Shown here: in pieces, positions 18,720-29,281 of the stretch
Numbering within the stretch: the stretch's first letter is position 1
Layout: each line of letters begins with the position of its first letter
Source of the DNA: Candidatus Thorarchaeota archaeon
GTDB lineage: Archaea > Asgardarchaeota > Thorarchaeia > Thorarchaeales > Thorarchaeaceae
Length of the DNA: 64,000 nt
Reading direction: 5' to 3'
Assembly: GCA_019057475.1 (NCBI GenBank)
Contig: DXJO01000038.1
Span: 59,725-123,724 of the forward strand
Position numbers and translations under genes: made by a program
Notes under the pieces: generated by a model
Seen by the model: only the letters and a program-made list of their open reading frames with translations
What the model was told of the DNA's origin: nothing
The model's database searches: none

Positions 18720-19421
18720 ATGTCCAAGAAGCCTGAAACTCTTCATGACAGTCGCATATTCACCTATGATGATTCCCACTGGGAACTCCTGAACGAGCTA
18801 AGAGAGAGAGCACTTGAGGTGATGCAGGCACTACAGGACAATGGTGTCACTTCGTTTGTGTACGGCTCAGTCGCCAGAGGGGATGTCAGCAAATTATCTG
18901 ATATCGATATCATCATTCCCTATACGATGTCCAGCTACAAGCTCGAGATTGCAATTGGCTCGGGCATTAGGAGAGAGCTTGTTCAAGCAACTCCTTCTAT
19001 GGTCCTAAAGGGGCACATCTGTCTTGAGAATGACATTGTAGTCACTTTTCCCCTCTTCAAGTTCAAGTCGCGGGAGGAGGAGTTCTACCGATGGGGTGGA
19101 CAAATGAGCACCAGCCAACTCATCGAAAGAATCCGTGTTCCTGGTGTTGACAAGAGATTGATTCTGATTGAGCCTAGCGAAACGGGACATGTGGAACGCG
19201 GCGTCATTGGCTACGAACATATGGCAGCGAAGAAGGTGGGTGTAAGCATTGATATCGCAAAGGATAGGGTACGAGTGCTCACTCGTCGTGATAGTGTTGG
19301 TCGCACAGGTGTCTACTTAACCAGAAACCTCTCTCCGGATGAGAGCTTCGAGGCTGTTGCTAAGGACCTAATGGACAGTGACCCAGCTCTGCGACGCACA
19401 ATTAAAAGACGTGAGAAATAG
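18720..19421 (+). CDS. Pol-beta-superfamily nucleotidyltransferase (archaeal COG2413-like)
   Basis: YGSVARGDV...SDIDI, EFY.WGG, RVPGVDKRL, GRTGV. Confidence 0.88.
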   Translation: MSKKPETLHDSRIFTYDDSHWELLNELRERALEVMQALQDNGVTSFVYGSVARGDVSKLSDIDIIIPYTMSSYKLEIAIGSGIRRELVQATPSMVLKGHICLENDIVVTFPLFKFKSREEEFYRWGGQMSTSQLIERIRVPGVDKRLILIEPSETGHVERGVIGYEHMAAKKVGVSIDIAKDRVRVLTRRDSVGRTGVYLTRNLSPDESFEAVAKDLMDSDPALRRTIKRREK

Positions 19422-19424
19422 GGG

Positions 19425-20549
19425 GTGTGCGAAATGACTCGTTCAGTCCGTTCAATCAGTGGTGATTCACTTCTCGTTGGTGAGCTACCTCGGGGGTGTT
19501 CGCTCTGTACTAAGGGCTCAAAGATGGTCCTCTTTGTTACTGGTCTGTGCAACAGCTCGTGTTACTACTGCCCGCTGTCAAAAGACAAGGTAGGCAAGGA
19601 TGTTGTATTCGCTGATGAGATGCCGGTTTCTGACGATAGTGACATGTTGTACGAGATTGAGGCAATCGGTGGTGAGGGGGCTGGCATCAGTGGAGGCGAC
19701 CCTTTCTGCAGCATCGAGAGAACCCTGTACTACATCTCCCTTCTAAAGACCCGTCAGGGTGATGATTTTCACATTCACCTCTATACGAGCCAAGCCAACG
19801 CTAATGAGAGTGTACTTCAGAGGTTGCGAGATGCTGGTCTCGACGAGATCCGATTCCACCCCCAAAGTAAGGACTGGTCTGGGATTTCATCTGCACTCAG
19901 AATAGGGCTGGATGTGGGGATAGAGGTGCCGGCACTGCCAGGCAAGGCGGAACAACTGAAGAATGTGGCTCGTAGAGCGGAGAAGATGGGCGTAGCGTTC
20001 ATGAACATCAACGAACTGGAATCCAGTGAAACCAACTTCCAGCGCCTTGTGGCCCGCGGGATGCGACTCACAGACTTGGAGAGTGCAAGCATCGATGGCA
20101 GTGCAGATGTAGCAAGGGAGGTACTAGAGTGGACCTCCTCTAACTTGAAAACGCTCTCTGTTCACTATTGCTCCTCCCGATTCAAGGATTCCGTACAGAT
20201 GCGTAACAGGCTTGAAAGGAGGCTGGTGCGTACAATGCGCGAGTTTGAGGAACGTGACGAGGATGAGCCTCTGCTCATGTTGGGAATCATCCGGGGACAT
20301 CTTAGTGAGAAACTAGATCAAAAACATCTGGATACTATTCAGCACATTCTGACATCTGAGTTCGAAGTTCCGATCCGTCTGATGAATGTTGACACAATTC
20401 GCATGCGAGTAGAGATTGCGCCATGGGTCCTGGAACAGATTGCTGATGAGCTCAAGCGCCTGCTGCCTCAAGATGTTGCAATGGAAATTGGCATCGCTCT
20501 CGAGTATCCATCTTGGGATCGACTTCAAACAATGTTCAGTCCGCTCTAA
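19425..20549 (+). CDS. Radical SAM protein (COG2108-like)
   Basis: GCSLC..G.KMVLFVTGLCNSSCYYCPLS, LDEIRFHP, NINELE. Confidence 0.9.
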   Translation: MCEMTRSVRSISGDSLLVGELPRGCSLCTKGSKMVLFVTGLCNSSCYYCPLSKDKVGKDVVFADEMPVSDDSDMLYEIEAIGGEGAGISGGDPFCSIERTLYYISLLKTRQGDDFHIHLYTSQANANESVLQRLRDAGLDEIRFHPQSKDWSGISSALRIGLDVGIEVPALPGKAEQLKNVARRAEKMGVAFMNINELESSETNFQRLVARGMRLTDLESASIDGSADVAREVLEWTSSNLKTLSVHYCSSRFKDSVQMRNRLERRLVRTMREFEERDEDEPLLMLGIIRGHLSEKLDQKHLDTIQHILTSEFEVPIRLMNVDTIRMRVEIAPWVLEQIADELKRLLPQDVAMEIGIALEYPSWDRLQTMFSPL

Positions 20550-21638
20550 TCACTGCTTCATTTTAAATCTCAGAATCGCAGCGATACCGCTTAGGTTATG
20601 CAATTGGTTTCCTGCTGGATGATCTGTTGAAACAATATGGAACTCTGCACGAATCTTCTCAACATCACGAATGAGCCGGTCCATCTTGCGCCTTTGCTCG
20701 TCAGTGCCCTCTCTAAGCTTCTTATCCGTAATAAGCAGGGTTTCTACTGCCCCGAACTGCACAGCCTTCTTCACTTCATCATCGCCATACGCAGCTAAAC
20801 CGTTATCTTTTGTAAGGTATTCTATCAGCTTCTCGATAAGCTGAGTTTCAGCCTCCAGCTTCAATCCCTTAATCGCCTTGCCGATAATGCCACGAAATAG
20901 AATCTCCTTTGCCCCTGGAATCCCTATTGAGTTAGCACTCTCAGCGACAACTGAAGGAAGGTCTTTCACTCCTGCTGATATCAGATGATTCTTGAAATGG
21001 TCTTTGACGAAGCCAGGACCGGCAATGACAATCAATCCGATATCATTCTGTTCAATCTGCGAACGCACAGCAAGAGTTACACTCGAAAAGAATTCCTTCA
21101 TGGTCTTATCGTGTGATTTCTGATCTCCTCGTTTCCGAGATATGGTAGTCCTAACCCGGACGCCCTTACTCAGTCCGAAGTCAGCAGCCAGGAAGAGCTC
21201 AGCCATACCATCCTCAATAGTTACTATCAGACAGACAGGGGTTCCTTGCGACTTCTCAGCTTGCCTCAGTCGCGTTAGTAGATATCCTGGCCAGTGGTCC
21301 TTAATGATTGTCAATGTCCTCCCTGGCTCCACGTTGATGGTGTGATGAGATCCTATGTTCACCAAGTCATCGGGGCCTTCAAGAACGGTACCAAGTATTC
21401 TCACTCTATTGCTGAATGTATGAAATGACACATCCTCCACGCTTATCTTGAGAGTCATGGGTTTCCGGACGCTATCCTGTTTTCTACCATCCTCATCACC
21501 CACTCTCACTCGCCGCATAGTCCGAGAAATAACTTGGTCTCCAGGGCCTACTACGTTGTAGAGATGCCAGAGATCATCGAGGGTATCAACCTTTAGTTTG
21601 ATTTTGCCCTCCTTCAGGATTCTTTTCAGGACCTTCAA
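20550..21638 (-). CDS. pelA: Pelota / Dom34 ribosome-rescue factor
   Basis: LDDLWHLYN, GSHHTINVE, AGPGFVK, AYG..EV..A...GAVETLL, GIAAILRF. Confidence 0.95.
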   Translation of the reverse strand: MKVLKRILKEGKIKLKVDTLDDLWHLYNVVGPGDQVISRTMRRVRVGDEDGRKQDSVRKPMTLKISVEDVSFHTFSNRVRILGTVLEGPDDLVNIGSHHTINVEPGRTLTIIKDHWPGYLLTRLRQAEKSQGTPVCLIVTIEDGMAELFLAADFGLSKGVRVRTTISRKRGDQKSHDKTMKEFFSSVTLAVRSQIEQNDIGLIVIAGPGFVKDHFKNHLISAGVKDLPSVVAESANSIGIPGAKEILFRGIIGKAIKGLKLEAETQLIEKLIEYLTKDNGLAAYGDDEVKKAVQFGAVETLLITDKKLREGTDEQRRKMDRLIRDVEKIRAEFHIVSTDHPAGNQLHNLSGIAAILRFKMKQ

Positions 21639-21666
21639 AGCGACACCGCCAGTCTGCGAATGGGCT

Positions 21667-23109
21667 CTAGAAGAAATAGTCTCCGTAGCTCTCGTGTGAT
21701 TTCTCTGTTTGCTTCATGTAAAGACCATGAATTGAATTGGCATCAAATCCTTTGGTCACTTCCTTTGCCCGCTCAACTTGCTCTTTGTAGACTGCATCGT
21801 GCCCCTCATGTACAGCAAGATCTCCTGCTACCCTGACAAGGCCACCCAATTCGCGTAATCGCAGTGTGAGAGCCTCTCTTTGTCCATCAAGTCGAAACGC
21901 TATCTTCTCAGCAGTTTCCAGAACGGAATGAACTGCATCAACTGTGAGGTGCGGGACTCTCCCGTCTTCCACAACTGTTTGTGCAATGAATCGCACTAAC
22001 GAGTCCAAGTTCTCGGTGTTTTTCTTCATCCATGAGGAGAGCATGATTTCATAGCCATAGCCGCGAATTCTTGACCTGAGGGGTGGTAAAATGCTGGGCA
22101 GATCCTCTACATTGCATGCTGCGAAAAGAACGAAATCACATGGTACATCATCGACTCGCACGGCGGCCCCCGAACTCTGTGGGTTATGTCCTGTAATTGG
22201 ATACTTCTTGTCTTGCATGGCGGTGAGAAGATGCTTCTGAAGTTGTCCTAATGCATTCAACTCGTCAATGTATAAGATACCCTCATGCGCTTCGTGAATG
22301 GCCCCTGGCACAACTCTAAGGTGAGCAGGCTTACCCATTGGTTCTGCAGTTCCATAGGGGTCATGCTTAACATCTCCAAGGAGTTCAACAGGGCTGGCGC
22401 CACTTACCCGGATAAACCGCGTTGAGCTTCCGGGAATCAAGACTCGCCAATCATTGTCCTCCACATTGCTTTGTTGACGATGCTGAATATTCTGCCTGAA
22501 TCTAGTTACTCTGATAGTGTCCGAATCTGTTCTTTCATAGACGATTTCATACCCGACTCCATTCACGGATTCTTGATGAGTGACCTCGTTCAATGCAGGG
22601 GCTCTCACAACGTCCAGCATTCTAAAGAGCCCGTGGAACGATGCGCCACAGTCCATATCAGCCCTCTTTGCGGCTCCACATTCCATGCAGGTACTGTGAC
22701 TAGGTAGTGAGAAGCTCCCACATTTGGAGCATCTGTACCCCATCTCTGCAGCAACTTCGAAGGGGATCTCATGCGGCCGCATGTACACTGTATCACTGGG
22801 CTGTTCTCGAACATCCGATGGGACACAATCCTCGTTAGCCCTTACAACTATGACCTCTGGCCTGTCGACTTGGTTTGGGTTATGACGAAGCACAATCTCC
22901 TCTGCTGGTGGTGGAAGCAGAGAATGCGCGGCTTTGGCAAGCATCGACTTCCCTACGCCGGGTGCTCCACAGAGCAGAACGTGTCTGTGTTGGGTTACTG
23001 CGGAGCGAACTAGAGTGACAGCGTGCTCCTGACCTACTATCATCTCAAACAGATCGTTGCCTACTGGTATTCCCTCTGTGGTCTCCAGTCCGTCGAGTAG
23101 AGATGTCAA
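21667..23109 (-). CDS. LonB-related AAA+ ATPase lacking the protease domain, with Zn-ribbon insert
   Basis: IVGQEHAV, GAPGVGKS, LLGDVKHDPY, PGAIHEAHEGILYIDE, LRSRIRGYGYE, LTLRLRELGGLVR; ends shortly after the AAA lid; CSKC...CMEC insert. Confidence 0.85.
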   Translation of the reverse strand: MTSLLDGLETTEGIPVGNDLFEMIVGQEHAVTLVRSAVTQHRHVLLCGAPGVGKSMLAKAAHSLLPPPAEEIVLRHNPNQVDRPEVIVVRANEDCVPSDVREQPSDTVYMRPHEIPFEVAAEMGYRCSKCGSFSLPSHSTCMECGAAKRADMDCGASFHGLFRMLDVVRAPALNEVTHQESVNGVGYEIVYERTDSDTIRVTRFRQNIQHRQQSNVEDNDWRVLIPGSSTRFIRVSGASPVELLGDVKHDPYGTAEPMGKPAHLRVVPGAIHEAHEGILYIDELNALGQLQKHLLTAMQDKKYPITGHNPQSSGAAVRVDDVPCDFVLFAACNVEDLPSILPPLRSRIRGYGYEIMLSSWMKKNTENLDSLVRFIAQTVVEDGRVPHLTVDAVHSVLETAEKIAFRLDGQREALTLRLRELGGLVRVAGDLAVHEGHDAVYKEQVERAKEVTKGFDANSIHGLYMKQTEKSHESYGDYFF

Positions 23110-23215
23110 GTCATAAAGCCTCGGCCTTCTCTTGCCGATGGAACATGCTGTGATTCGTGAGATAATTCCTTGTAATACATCAGGGCTGCGTTGAGCTGAG
23201 TGGCATATTTATGGG

Positions 23216-25732
23216 CTATTCATCTGATTCTGCCACTTTCACGGTAGGTATGAGGCCCTTCCTCCTGAGTGGCGCCTCAATCCTCTTCCTCGCCTTTTCA
23301 TTCTCTTCTTTGATCTTATCAATTCCAATGTCTTCAAGCTGCTGAGACATCTCCTTTATAGTGTTCACAAAGATGAGGCCCTCTGCAGCGGAGATTTCTT
23401 TCCAGCGGAGTCTCTCAGGGCTAATCCCGGCTCCCTCTACCACTTTGGCGTATCTCTCGATGCGCTCCTTGGCAACCCAGTTTCCGGAGATGTAATGACA
23501 ATCTGTGGGTAAGTGACAGCCACCGACTAGCACCATGCCTGCACCCAGCCTGTAGGCCTCAGCCACGAAGTCCGTGTCCACTCGTCCAGAGCACATCACC
23601 CGGATGATTCTGGCTGTCGGCGGGTACTCGAAACGACTCGTTCCTGCTAGGTCTGAGCCACTGTAGCAGCACCAGTTGCAGGCGAAGACCAGTATCTTCT
23701 CCTCTGCTTTGTCTTCAAGTGCCGCTCTGATCTGAGCCATTATTTGTTCATCTGTGAAGTGCATCTGAGTTATGGCGTCTTGTGGGCAAGATGCAACACA
23801 AGTTCCACAGCCGTGGCAGTTGGCGACGTTGACTACTGCAGCCTTGCCTTCAAGGGCGTTTATGGCCCCATATGGGCACTTGTCAACACAGATACCACAT
23901 TTCCTATCCGTGTTTACGCACGTTTCTGGGTCAATTACTGCAACAATGGGCTCGATTTCCACGGTTTTCTTGGACAGTACAGTCGCAGCCCTTGCTGCGG
24001 CCCCACTGCCCTGAGCAACTGAATATGGAATATCCTTGAGACCCTGACATGCACCAGCCAGGTATATTCCATCAACAGGCGTGTCTAGGGGTTTAAGCTT
24101 CGGATGTGATTCCATGAAGAACCCATCCCCGCTTCGAGTGATGTGCAGTTTACTGCCAAGTTCGTTAGTACCCTCGCTGGGCTCGCCAGCCGTCGAGAGT
24201 ATTAGCAGATCTACCTCAACCTCGATAGGCTCACCCAGAAGGGCATCTTCTGTCCTGATGATGAGGTTCTTTGTGTCCGGGTCTTCGATGACCTCGTAGG
24301 GTCTGCCCTTGATGAATGTGAATCCTGACTCTCTTCCTCGTCTGTAGAAGTCCTCGTAGCCCTTTCCAGAGGTCCGCATGTCAATGTAGAAGATGTAAAT
24401 TTCCGTGTCTGGTTCATGCTCCTTGATTAGAACTGAATTTTTGATCGTATACATGCAGCAGAAGTTCGAACAGTACTCGTACTTGTTAATGTCCCTTGAG
24501 CCAACACACTGAATGAACCCGACCCTCTTCGGGTGCTTTCCATCCGACCTGCGGATGACCTCCCCCCCGGTTGGTCCACCTGCGCACACAAGTCGCTCTA
24601 CCTCAAGCGCGGTAAGCACGTTGTCAAACTTACCATAGCCATAATATCCCTTTTCCGCTGGCTTGCTCTCTGACCCAGGTATTGGTTCATACATTGAGTG
24701 GAAACCAGTCGCTACGACTATGGTGCCAACCTCTACCTCAATCTCCTCGGGCTCTTGGGAGAAGTTTATGGCTTGCCTATCGCCGCAGGCGTCAATACAC
24801 ATGAAACACTCAATACAGTGATCCATGTTTATCGTGAAGACAAGTGGAACTGCTTGGGGAAATGGAATTGATATCGCCTTTCGCGTTCCGAGGTTCTGCT
24901 CCCAGCTGTTTGGATATTCTATTGGACAACTCTCGACACACTCGCCACAGCCTGTGCATTCTGACTGTATCACGTATCTTGCTTTCTTCAGAATCTTGAC
25001 CCTGAAGTTGCCAATGTAGCCATCAACACTGAGTATGTCTGCGTACGAGATAATCTCGATGTTCGGGTTTCTGGAACATTCGACCATCTTCGGTCCTTCG
25101 ATGCAAATCGAGCAGTCTAACGTTGGGAATGTCTTGTCGAGTTGAGCCATGTGGCCTCCAATGCTCTCGTCGCGCTCCACAAGATAGGTCTTGAATCCCA
25201 TGTTCGCTAGGTCCAGAGCGGAATGGATTCCAGTAACTCCGCCGCCTATTACCATGGCTTTCGGGGTGACTGGGACCTCAAACTTCTGGAGTGGTGCCAA
25301 GAGTCGAGCTTTAGCCACCGCCATCTTGATGATCTCTTTTGCCTTCTCTTGTGTAGCCTCTCCCTTGGGGTGGCACCATGAACAGTGCTCCCTTATGTTT
25401 GCCATTTCAAAATAGAACTCATTGAGACCTGCATCTTTGACAGTGGTCCTGAAGGTTGGCTCATGCATTCTCGGAGAACAAGCCGCCACCACAACTCTAG
25501 TGAGGTCGTGCTCTGCTATTGCCTTTCTAATTTCATCTTGTCCTGGGTCAGCACAAGTATAGCGATTCTGCTTAACGAAAACAACATCTGCCAGTTTCTT
25601 GGAGTACTCTTCGAGGTCGTCCATGTCAAGAGTTCCAGCGATATTCAAGCCACAGTGGCAGAGGAACACACCTACGCGGGGCTCCCTGAAATCTACTACC
25701 TTGGTAGCGGTATCTGTCTTTGACTCTGTCAT
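23216..25732 (-). CDS. hdrA: Heterodisulfide reductase subunit A fused to MvhD
   Basis: VFLCHCG, NIREHCSW, IGGGVTG FAD site, DKTFPTLDCSIC, QCVGSR, ferredoxin motifs, C-terminal CNWCCY...RVMCSGRVD...DCHY (MvhD). Confidence 0.95.
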   Translation of the reverse strand: MTESKTDTATKVVDFREPRVGVFLCHCGLNIAGTLDMDDLEEYSKKLADVVFVKQNRYTCADPGQDEIRKAIAEHDLTRVVVAACSPRMHEPTFRTTVKDAGLNEFYFEMANIREHCSWCHPKGEATQEKAKEIIKMAVAKARLLAPLQKFEVPVTPKAMVIGGGVTGIHSALDLANMGFKTYLVERDESIGGHMAQLDKTFPTLDCSICIEGPKMVECSRNPNIEIISYADILSVDGYIGNFRVKILKKARYVIQSECTGCGECVESCPIEYPNSWEQNLGTRKAISIPFPQAVPLVFTINMDHCIECFMCIDACGDRQAINFSQEPEEIEVEVGTIVVATGFHSMYEPIPGSESKPAEKGYYGYGKFDNVLTALEVERLVCAGGPTGGEVIRRSDGKHPKRVGFIQCVGSRDINKYEYCSNFCCMYTIKNSVLIKEHEPDTEIYIFYIDMRTSGKGYEDFYRRGRESGFTFIKGRPYEVIEDPDTKNLIIRTEDALLGEPIEVEVDLLILSTAGEPSEGTNELGSKLHITRSGDGFFMESHPKLKPLDTPVDGIYLAGACQGLKDIPYSVAQGSGAAARAATVLSKKTVEIEPIVAVIDPETCVNTDRKCGICVDKCPYGAINALEGKAAVVNVANCHGCGTCVASCPQDAITQMHFTDEQIMAQIRAALEDKAEEKILVFACNWCCYSGSDLAGTSRFEYPPTARIIRVMCSGRVDTDFVAEAYRLGAGMVLVGGCHLPTDCHYISGNWVAKERIERYAKVVEGAGISPERLRWKEISAAEGLIFVNTIKEMSQQLEDIGIDKIKEENEKARKRIEAPLRRKGLIPTVKVAESDE

Positions 25733-25734
25733 TG

Positions 25735-26628
25735 TTAGTCACCGCCAGCTCCAATCACTTGTCTCCTCGCCATGGACTCGGCTATCTTGGAGGTTCTCTT
25801 TGTTTGCATCTCCTGTTCCAATGCTGTGCCTGTGGTCAACTTCTCCAATGTTTTGTTCCACGCCCCGGACTTCACCTGAGTGTGACGGATTGAGGTACGG
25901 GTCACTGTCAATGCTTCTGGTTCTGGACAGACCTTGACACACGCTTCACAATAGACGCAGAATTTGTCTATTGGGTAGACCTTTCCATCGTCCCTGAGCC
26001 CCAAGGCATCCACTGGGCACACATCGAAGCAGTTCTGGCAACCCTCAGGACACCGCTCCTGTTCTATCTTGATTGACCCATGGAAGATCTTACGGACTTT
26101 GATTGCACCATCCGTCTTGTCTTCGCAGACTCTGCAACACGGACAGGACTTCCCATCGATTGAAATTTCACCATCTTCGACGGAGATGAGCCCTAGTGGA
26201 CAGAGTGTTTCTGCTCTTTTAATATAGGGCGCAATCTTCGACTCGTCTATGACAATCTCACGGATATACTCGGGGAAGGCCTCGATTTGGTGTACACAGA
26301 CTATAGGCTCCCCATTGATGGTGTGTGTTATCGCTGCGAAGGGACAGGTCGCCTCACAGATACCACAATGATCGCACAAGTGTGGGTCAATGTCAATCTG
26401 GGCTCTCACAGCTCTTTCTTTGCCATCAATGACTTCCTTAGGTCGTTCGTGAAGAGATATTGCGCTTGTGTGGCAGACTCTCTCACAAATACCACACCCC
26501 CTGCACGTTTCTCTATCAACAATCAGAAGGAATCGCTTAGTATAGAGCCCACGCTCGATTGTCAGAGTGCGGTCGTCTTCAGTTCTGATGAGTTTTAGCG
26601 GCACTATTCTTCCTCCAAGGACGAACAC
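25735..26628 (-). CDS. Polyferredoxin (FwdF-like multi-[4Fe-4S] protein)
   Basis: Multiple CxxCxxCxxxC(P) motifs. Confidence 0.85.
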   Translation of the reverse strand: MFVLGGRIVPLKLIRTEDDRTLTIERGLYTKRFLLIVDRETCRGCGICERVCHTSAISLHERPKEVIDGKERAVRAQIDIDPHLCDHCGICEATCPFAAITHTINGEPIVCVHQIEAFPEYIREIVIDESKIAPYIKRAETLCPLGLISVEDGEISIDGKSCPCCRVCEDKTDGAIKVRKIFHGSIKIEQERCPEGCQNCFDVCPVDALGLRDDGKVYPIDKFCVYCEACVKVCPEPEALTVTRTSIRHTQVKSGAWNKTLEKLTTGTALEQEMQTKRTSKIAESMARRQVIGAGGD

Positions 26629-26893
26629 TTAGTCCTAGTTCCGTCCAACACTCCTGTCCATCGGGCGATGCATGGCATGTGCTATTCAAATCTGTTTTGC
26701 AGACTTAGACCTGCCAATGGGTTTACTTCGGTTTTGAGTTCTCCTTCTTAAATACTAGGAAATAGCGCACACTCAGATGACGATATGGTTCATTCATCTA
26801 CCGAATAACCCTTCCCGATACCTATAATTATAGCAGTGCAGGGCTAATCGAATCAGTCTTGTGACACATGAAGAACTGAGAGAGTGTTTCGTA

Positions 26894-28774
26894 TTGGATG
26901 GATATGCAGGAAAGATACTCTATGTTGACTTGACATCTGGTGTGTCCAGAACCGAGCCGCTTCCCGAGAAGATGGCTGAGGACTTTCTGGGAGGCGCCGG
27001 ATTTGGAATCAAGATGATAACTGACCTTCAGCGGCCAGGAGCTGATGCCTTTGACCCTGAGAACCCTATTGTCTTTTCACTGGGTACCTTCTGTGGCGTG
27101 ATGGTTCCGGCGGCAAGCAGCAAGTGGGGGGTTGCGGCCAAGTCACCTCAATCAAACGCCCTTGGAGAGGCCTACTCAACAGGATTCTTTGGATCCGAGA
27201 TGAGGCGGGCAGGCTACGATATCGTAGTGATAACGGGCAAGGCGAAGAGCCCCGTTTACCTCTACATCGAGAATGAATCAGTACAGTTGATGGATGCCTC
27301 ACATCTCTGGGGGAAGGACAACTGGGAAACTGAAGACATGATAAAGGAGGAGCTAGGCGACCCGGACGTTCGAGTGGCATCCATAGGACCGGCCGGGGAA
27401 AAGCTAGTACGATTCGCATGCATCATCAATGACAGACTGCGCGCAGCAGGACGGACCGGAATGGGCGCAGTCATGGGTTCGAAGCTGCTCAAGGCAGTCG
27501 CTGTGAGAGGCACCGCAGATATCACTGTGGCTGACGTTGAGAAGTTCAAGGAGCTGTCCTTTGAGATGTACAATCGTGCCAAAGGGCCTGCGACTGAGAA
27601 GTATCGAGGGCTTGGCACGGCAGGCAACGTGCTAGTGCTCAATAAGGCCGCAGCCATGCCGACAAGGAACTGGCAGGACGCAGTCTTTGAGGGCGCCGAA
27701 ACAATAAGTGGGGAGTATGTGAATGAGCATTATGTCACAAAGATTCAGGGATGCGATGGCTGTGGAAGCAGATGCGAACATGTGGCCACTGTAAATGAGG
27801 GACCATACAAAGGAGCCATTGGGCGAGTCGAATACGAACCAATCTACTCTCTTGGTTCCTGCACAGGCATTGACCGGCTAGATGCAATTATCAGATCAGT
27901 ACAGCTATGTGATCTCTACGGGCTGGATGCATTGTCTGCAGGGGTTGCCGTTGCTTTCGGTATGGAGCTTTTTGAGAAGGGTTTAATCACTGAGAAAGAC
28001 ACTGGCGGAATTGACCTTCACTTTGGGAACGCAGAAGCGCAGACTGAGATGCTTCGGAAGATTGCCTTCAGAGAGGACATAGGAGATATCCTAGCTGAAG
28101 GCGTGAAGAGGGCATCAGAGAAGATTGGTAAAGGCTCAAAGGCCTTTGCTATGCACATCAAGGGTGTCGAGATGACTGGTTATGATGTCCGGGGTCTCAA
28201 GACAGCTGCTCTGGGCTACGCTGTTTCCCGAAGGGGTGCTGACCATCAGCGTCATGGAGCATACGGTCCAGACCTAAAGGGTACAGTAGACCGTTTCAAG
28301 GCTGACAAGGATCGTGGACCCCTTGTTGTAGATGGAGAAGATCTGTACAGTGTGATGGACTCACTCATCCTTTGCAAGTTCAACAGAGGAATCTGGAACT
28401 ACGATGAGATGGCCCAGATGTACACTTACGTCACCGGGCTTCCAATGACTGGGAAAAAGATACGCCAAGCCGGAGAGAGAATCAGCAACCTAGCTAGGAT
28501 ATACAATATCCGTGAGGGCCTTGGCAGAGCTGATGATAACTTGCCCATACGGTGCATGAAGGACCCCATCAAGTCTGGGGTAGCAAAAGGCAGTCTTGTG
28601 ACACAAAAGGATCTGGATATTCTACTCGATGGCTACTATGAAGCACGTGGTTGGACCAACAAAGGCGTCCCGACAAAGGCGAAAATCGACGAACTGGGTC
28701 TGAGTGAATACTACCAGTACCTCAAGGGATTGGCCAAGACACCGAAAGCCGAAAAGGCTGAGAAGGAGGGTTAG
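26894..28774 (+). CDS. aor: Tungsten aldehyde:ferredoxin oxidoreductase family protein
   Basis: GYAGKILYVDL, KSPQS, IGPAGE, AGRTGMGAVMGSK, EYE, D.YGLD, YY..RGW...G.P; track start 26861. Confidence 0.93.
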   Translation: MDGYAGKILYVDLTSGVSRTEPLPEKMAEDFLGGAGFGIKMITDLQRPGADAFDPENPIVFSLGTFCGVMVPAASSKWGVAAKSPQSNALGEAYSTGFFGSEMRRAGYDIVVITGKAKSPVYLYIENESVQLMDASHLWGKDNWETEDMIKEELGDPDVRVASIGPAGEKLVRFACIINDRLRAAGRTGMGAVMGSKLLKAVAVRGTADITVADVEKFKELSFEMYNRAKGPATEKYRGLGTAGNVLVLNKAAAMPTRNWQDAVFEGAETISGEYVNEHYVTKIQGCDGCGSRCEHVATVNEGPYKGAIGRVEYEPIYSLGSCTGIDRLDAIIRSVQLCDLYGLDALSAGVAVAFGMELFEKGLITEKDTGGIDLHFGNAEAQTEMLRKIAFREDIGDILAEGVKRASEKIGKGSKAFAMHIKGVEMTGYDVRGLKTAALGYAVSRRGADHQRHGAYGPDLKGTVDRFKADKDRGPLVVDGEDLYSVMDSLILCKFNRGIWNYDEMAQMYTYVTGLPMTGKKIRQAGERISNLARIYNIREGLGRADDNLPIRCMKDPIKSGVAKGSLVTQKDLDILLDGYYEARGWTNKGVPTKAKIDELGLSEYYQYLKGLAKTPKAEKAEKEG

Positions 28775-29269
28775 ATGATGTTACCGAGAGAACACAAGTT
28801 TGTGTCTGCAGACCCCAATCTGTGTACTGGGTGTAATGTTTGTGTGTATGCTTGTGCCCTTGAGAAGGATGGCGTGTTCAATCCATTGAGATCAAGGATT
28901 CGGGCGGTCAGGCTCTATCCAAGCGGCAACATTGCAATCACATGTAGACTCTGTGAGAGTGCACCCTGTGTCATTGCATGTCCAAGAGATGCGCTTACAC
29001 AATCAGAAGAGAATGGTATAATCCTAGTAGATGATGACAAGTGTGATGGCTGTGGATGGTGCCTTGAAGCATGCGACTTCGGTGCAATCACTATCCATCC
29101 TGTGACAAAGAAGGCAATAGTGTGCGATCTTTGCGATGGAGAACCCAAGTGCATCGAGATCTGCCCCGTGGAGGCTCTTTCCCTCGCTAGTCGGGACACT
29201 CATGCCACAATATCTCGGATAGAAGCCTCAAGGAAGCTCCTGAAGGCCCAAGAAGAATCAGAACTCTAG
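28775..29269 (+). CDS. 4Fe-4S dicluster electron-transfer subunit (AOR partner)
   Basis: Four Cys clusters CTGCNVC, CRLCESAPC, CDGCGWC, CDLC..C..CP. Confidence 0.9.
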   Translation: MMLPREHKFVSADPNLCTGCNVCVYACALEKDGVFNPLRSRIRAVRLYPSGNIAITCRLCESAPCVIACPRDALTQSEENGIILVDDDKCDGCGWCLEACDFGAITIHPVTKKAIVCDLCDGEPKCIEICPVEALSLASRDTHATISRIEASRKLLKAQEESEL

Positions 29270-29281
29270 AGTTGGCCGAAC

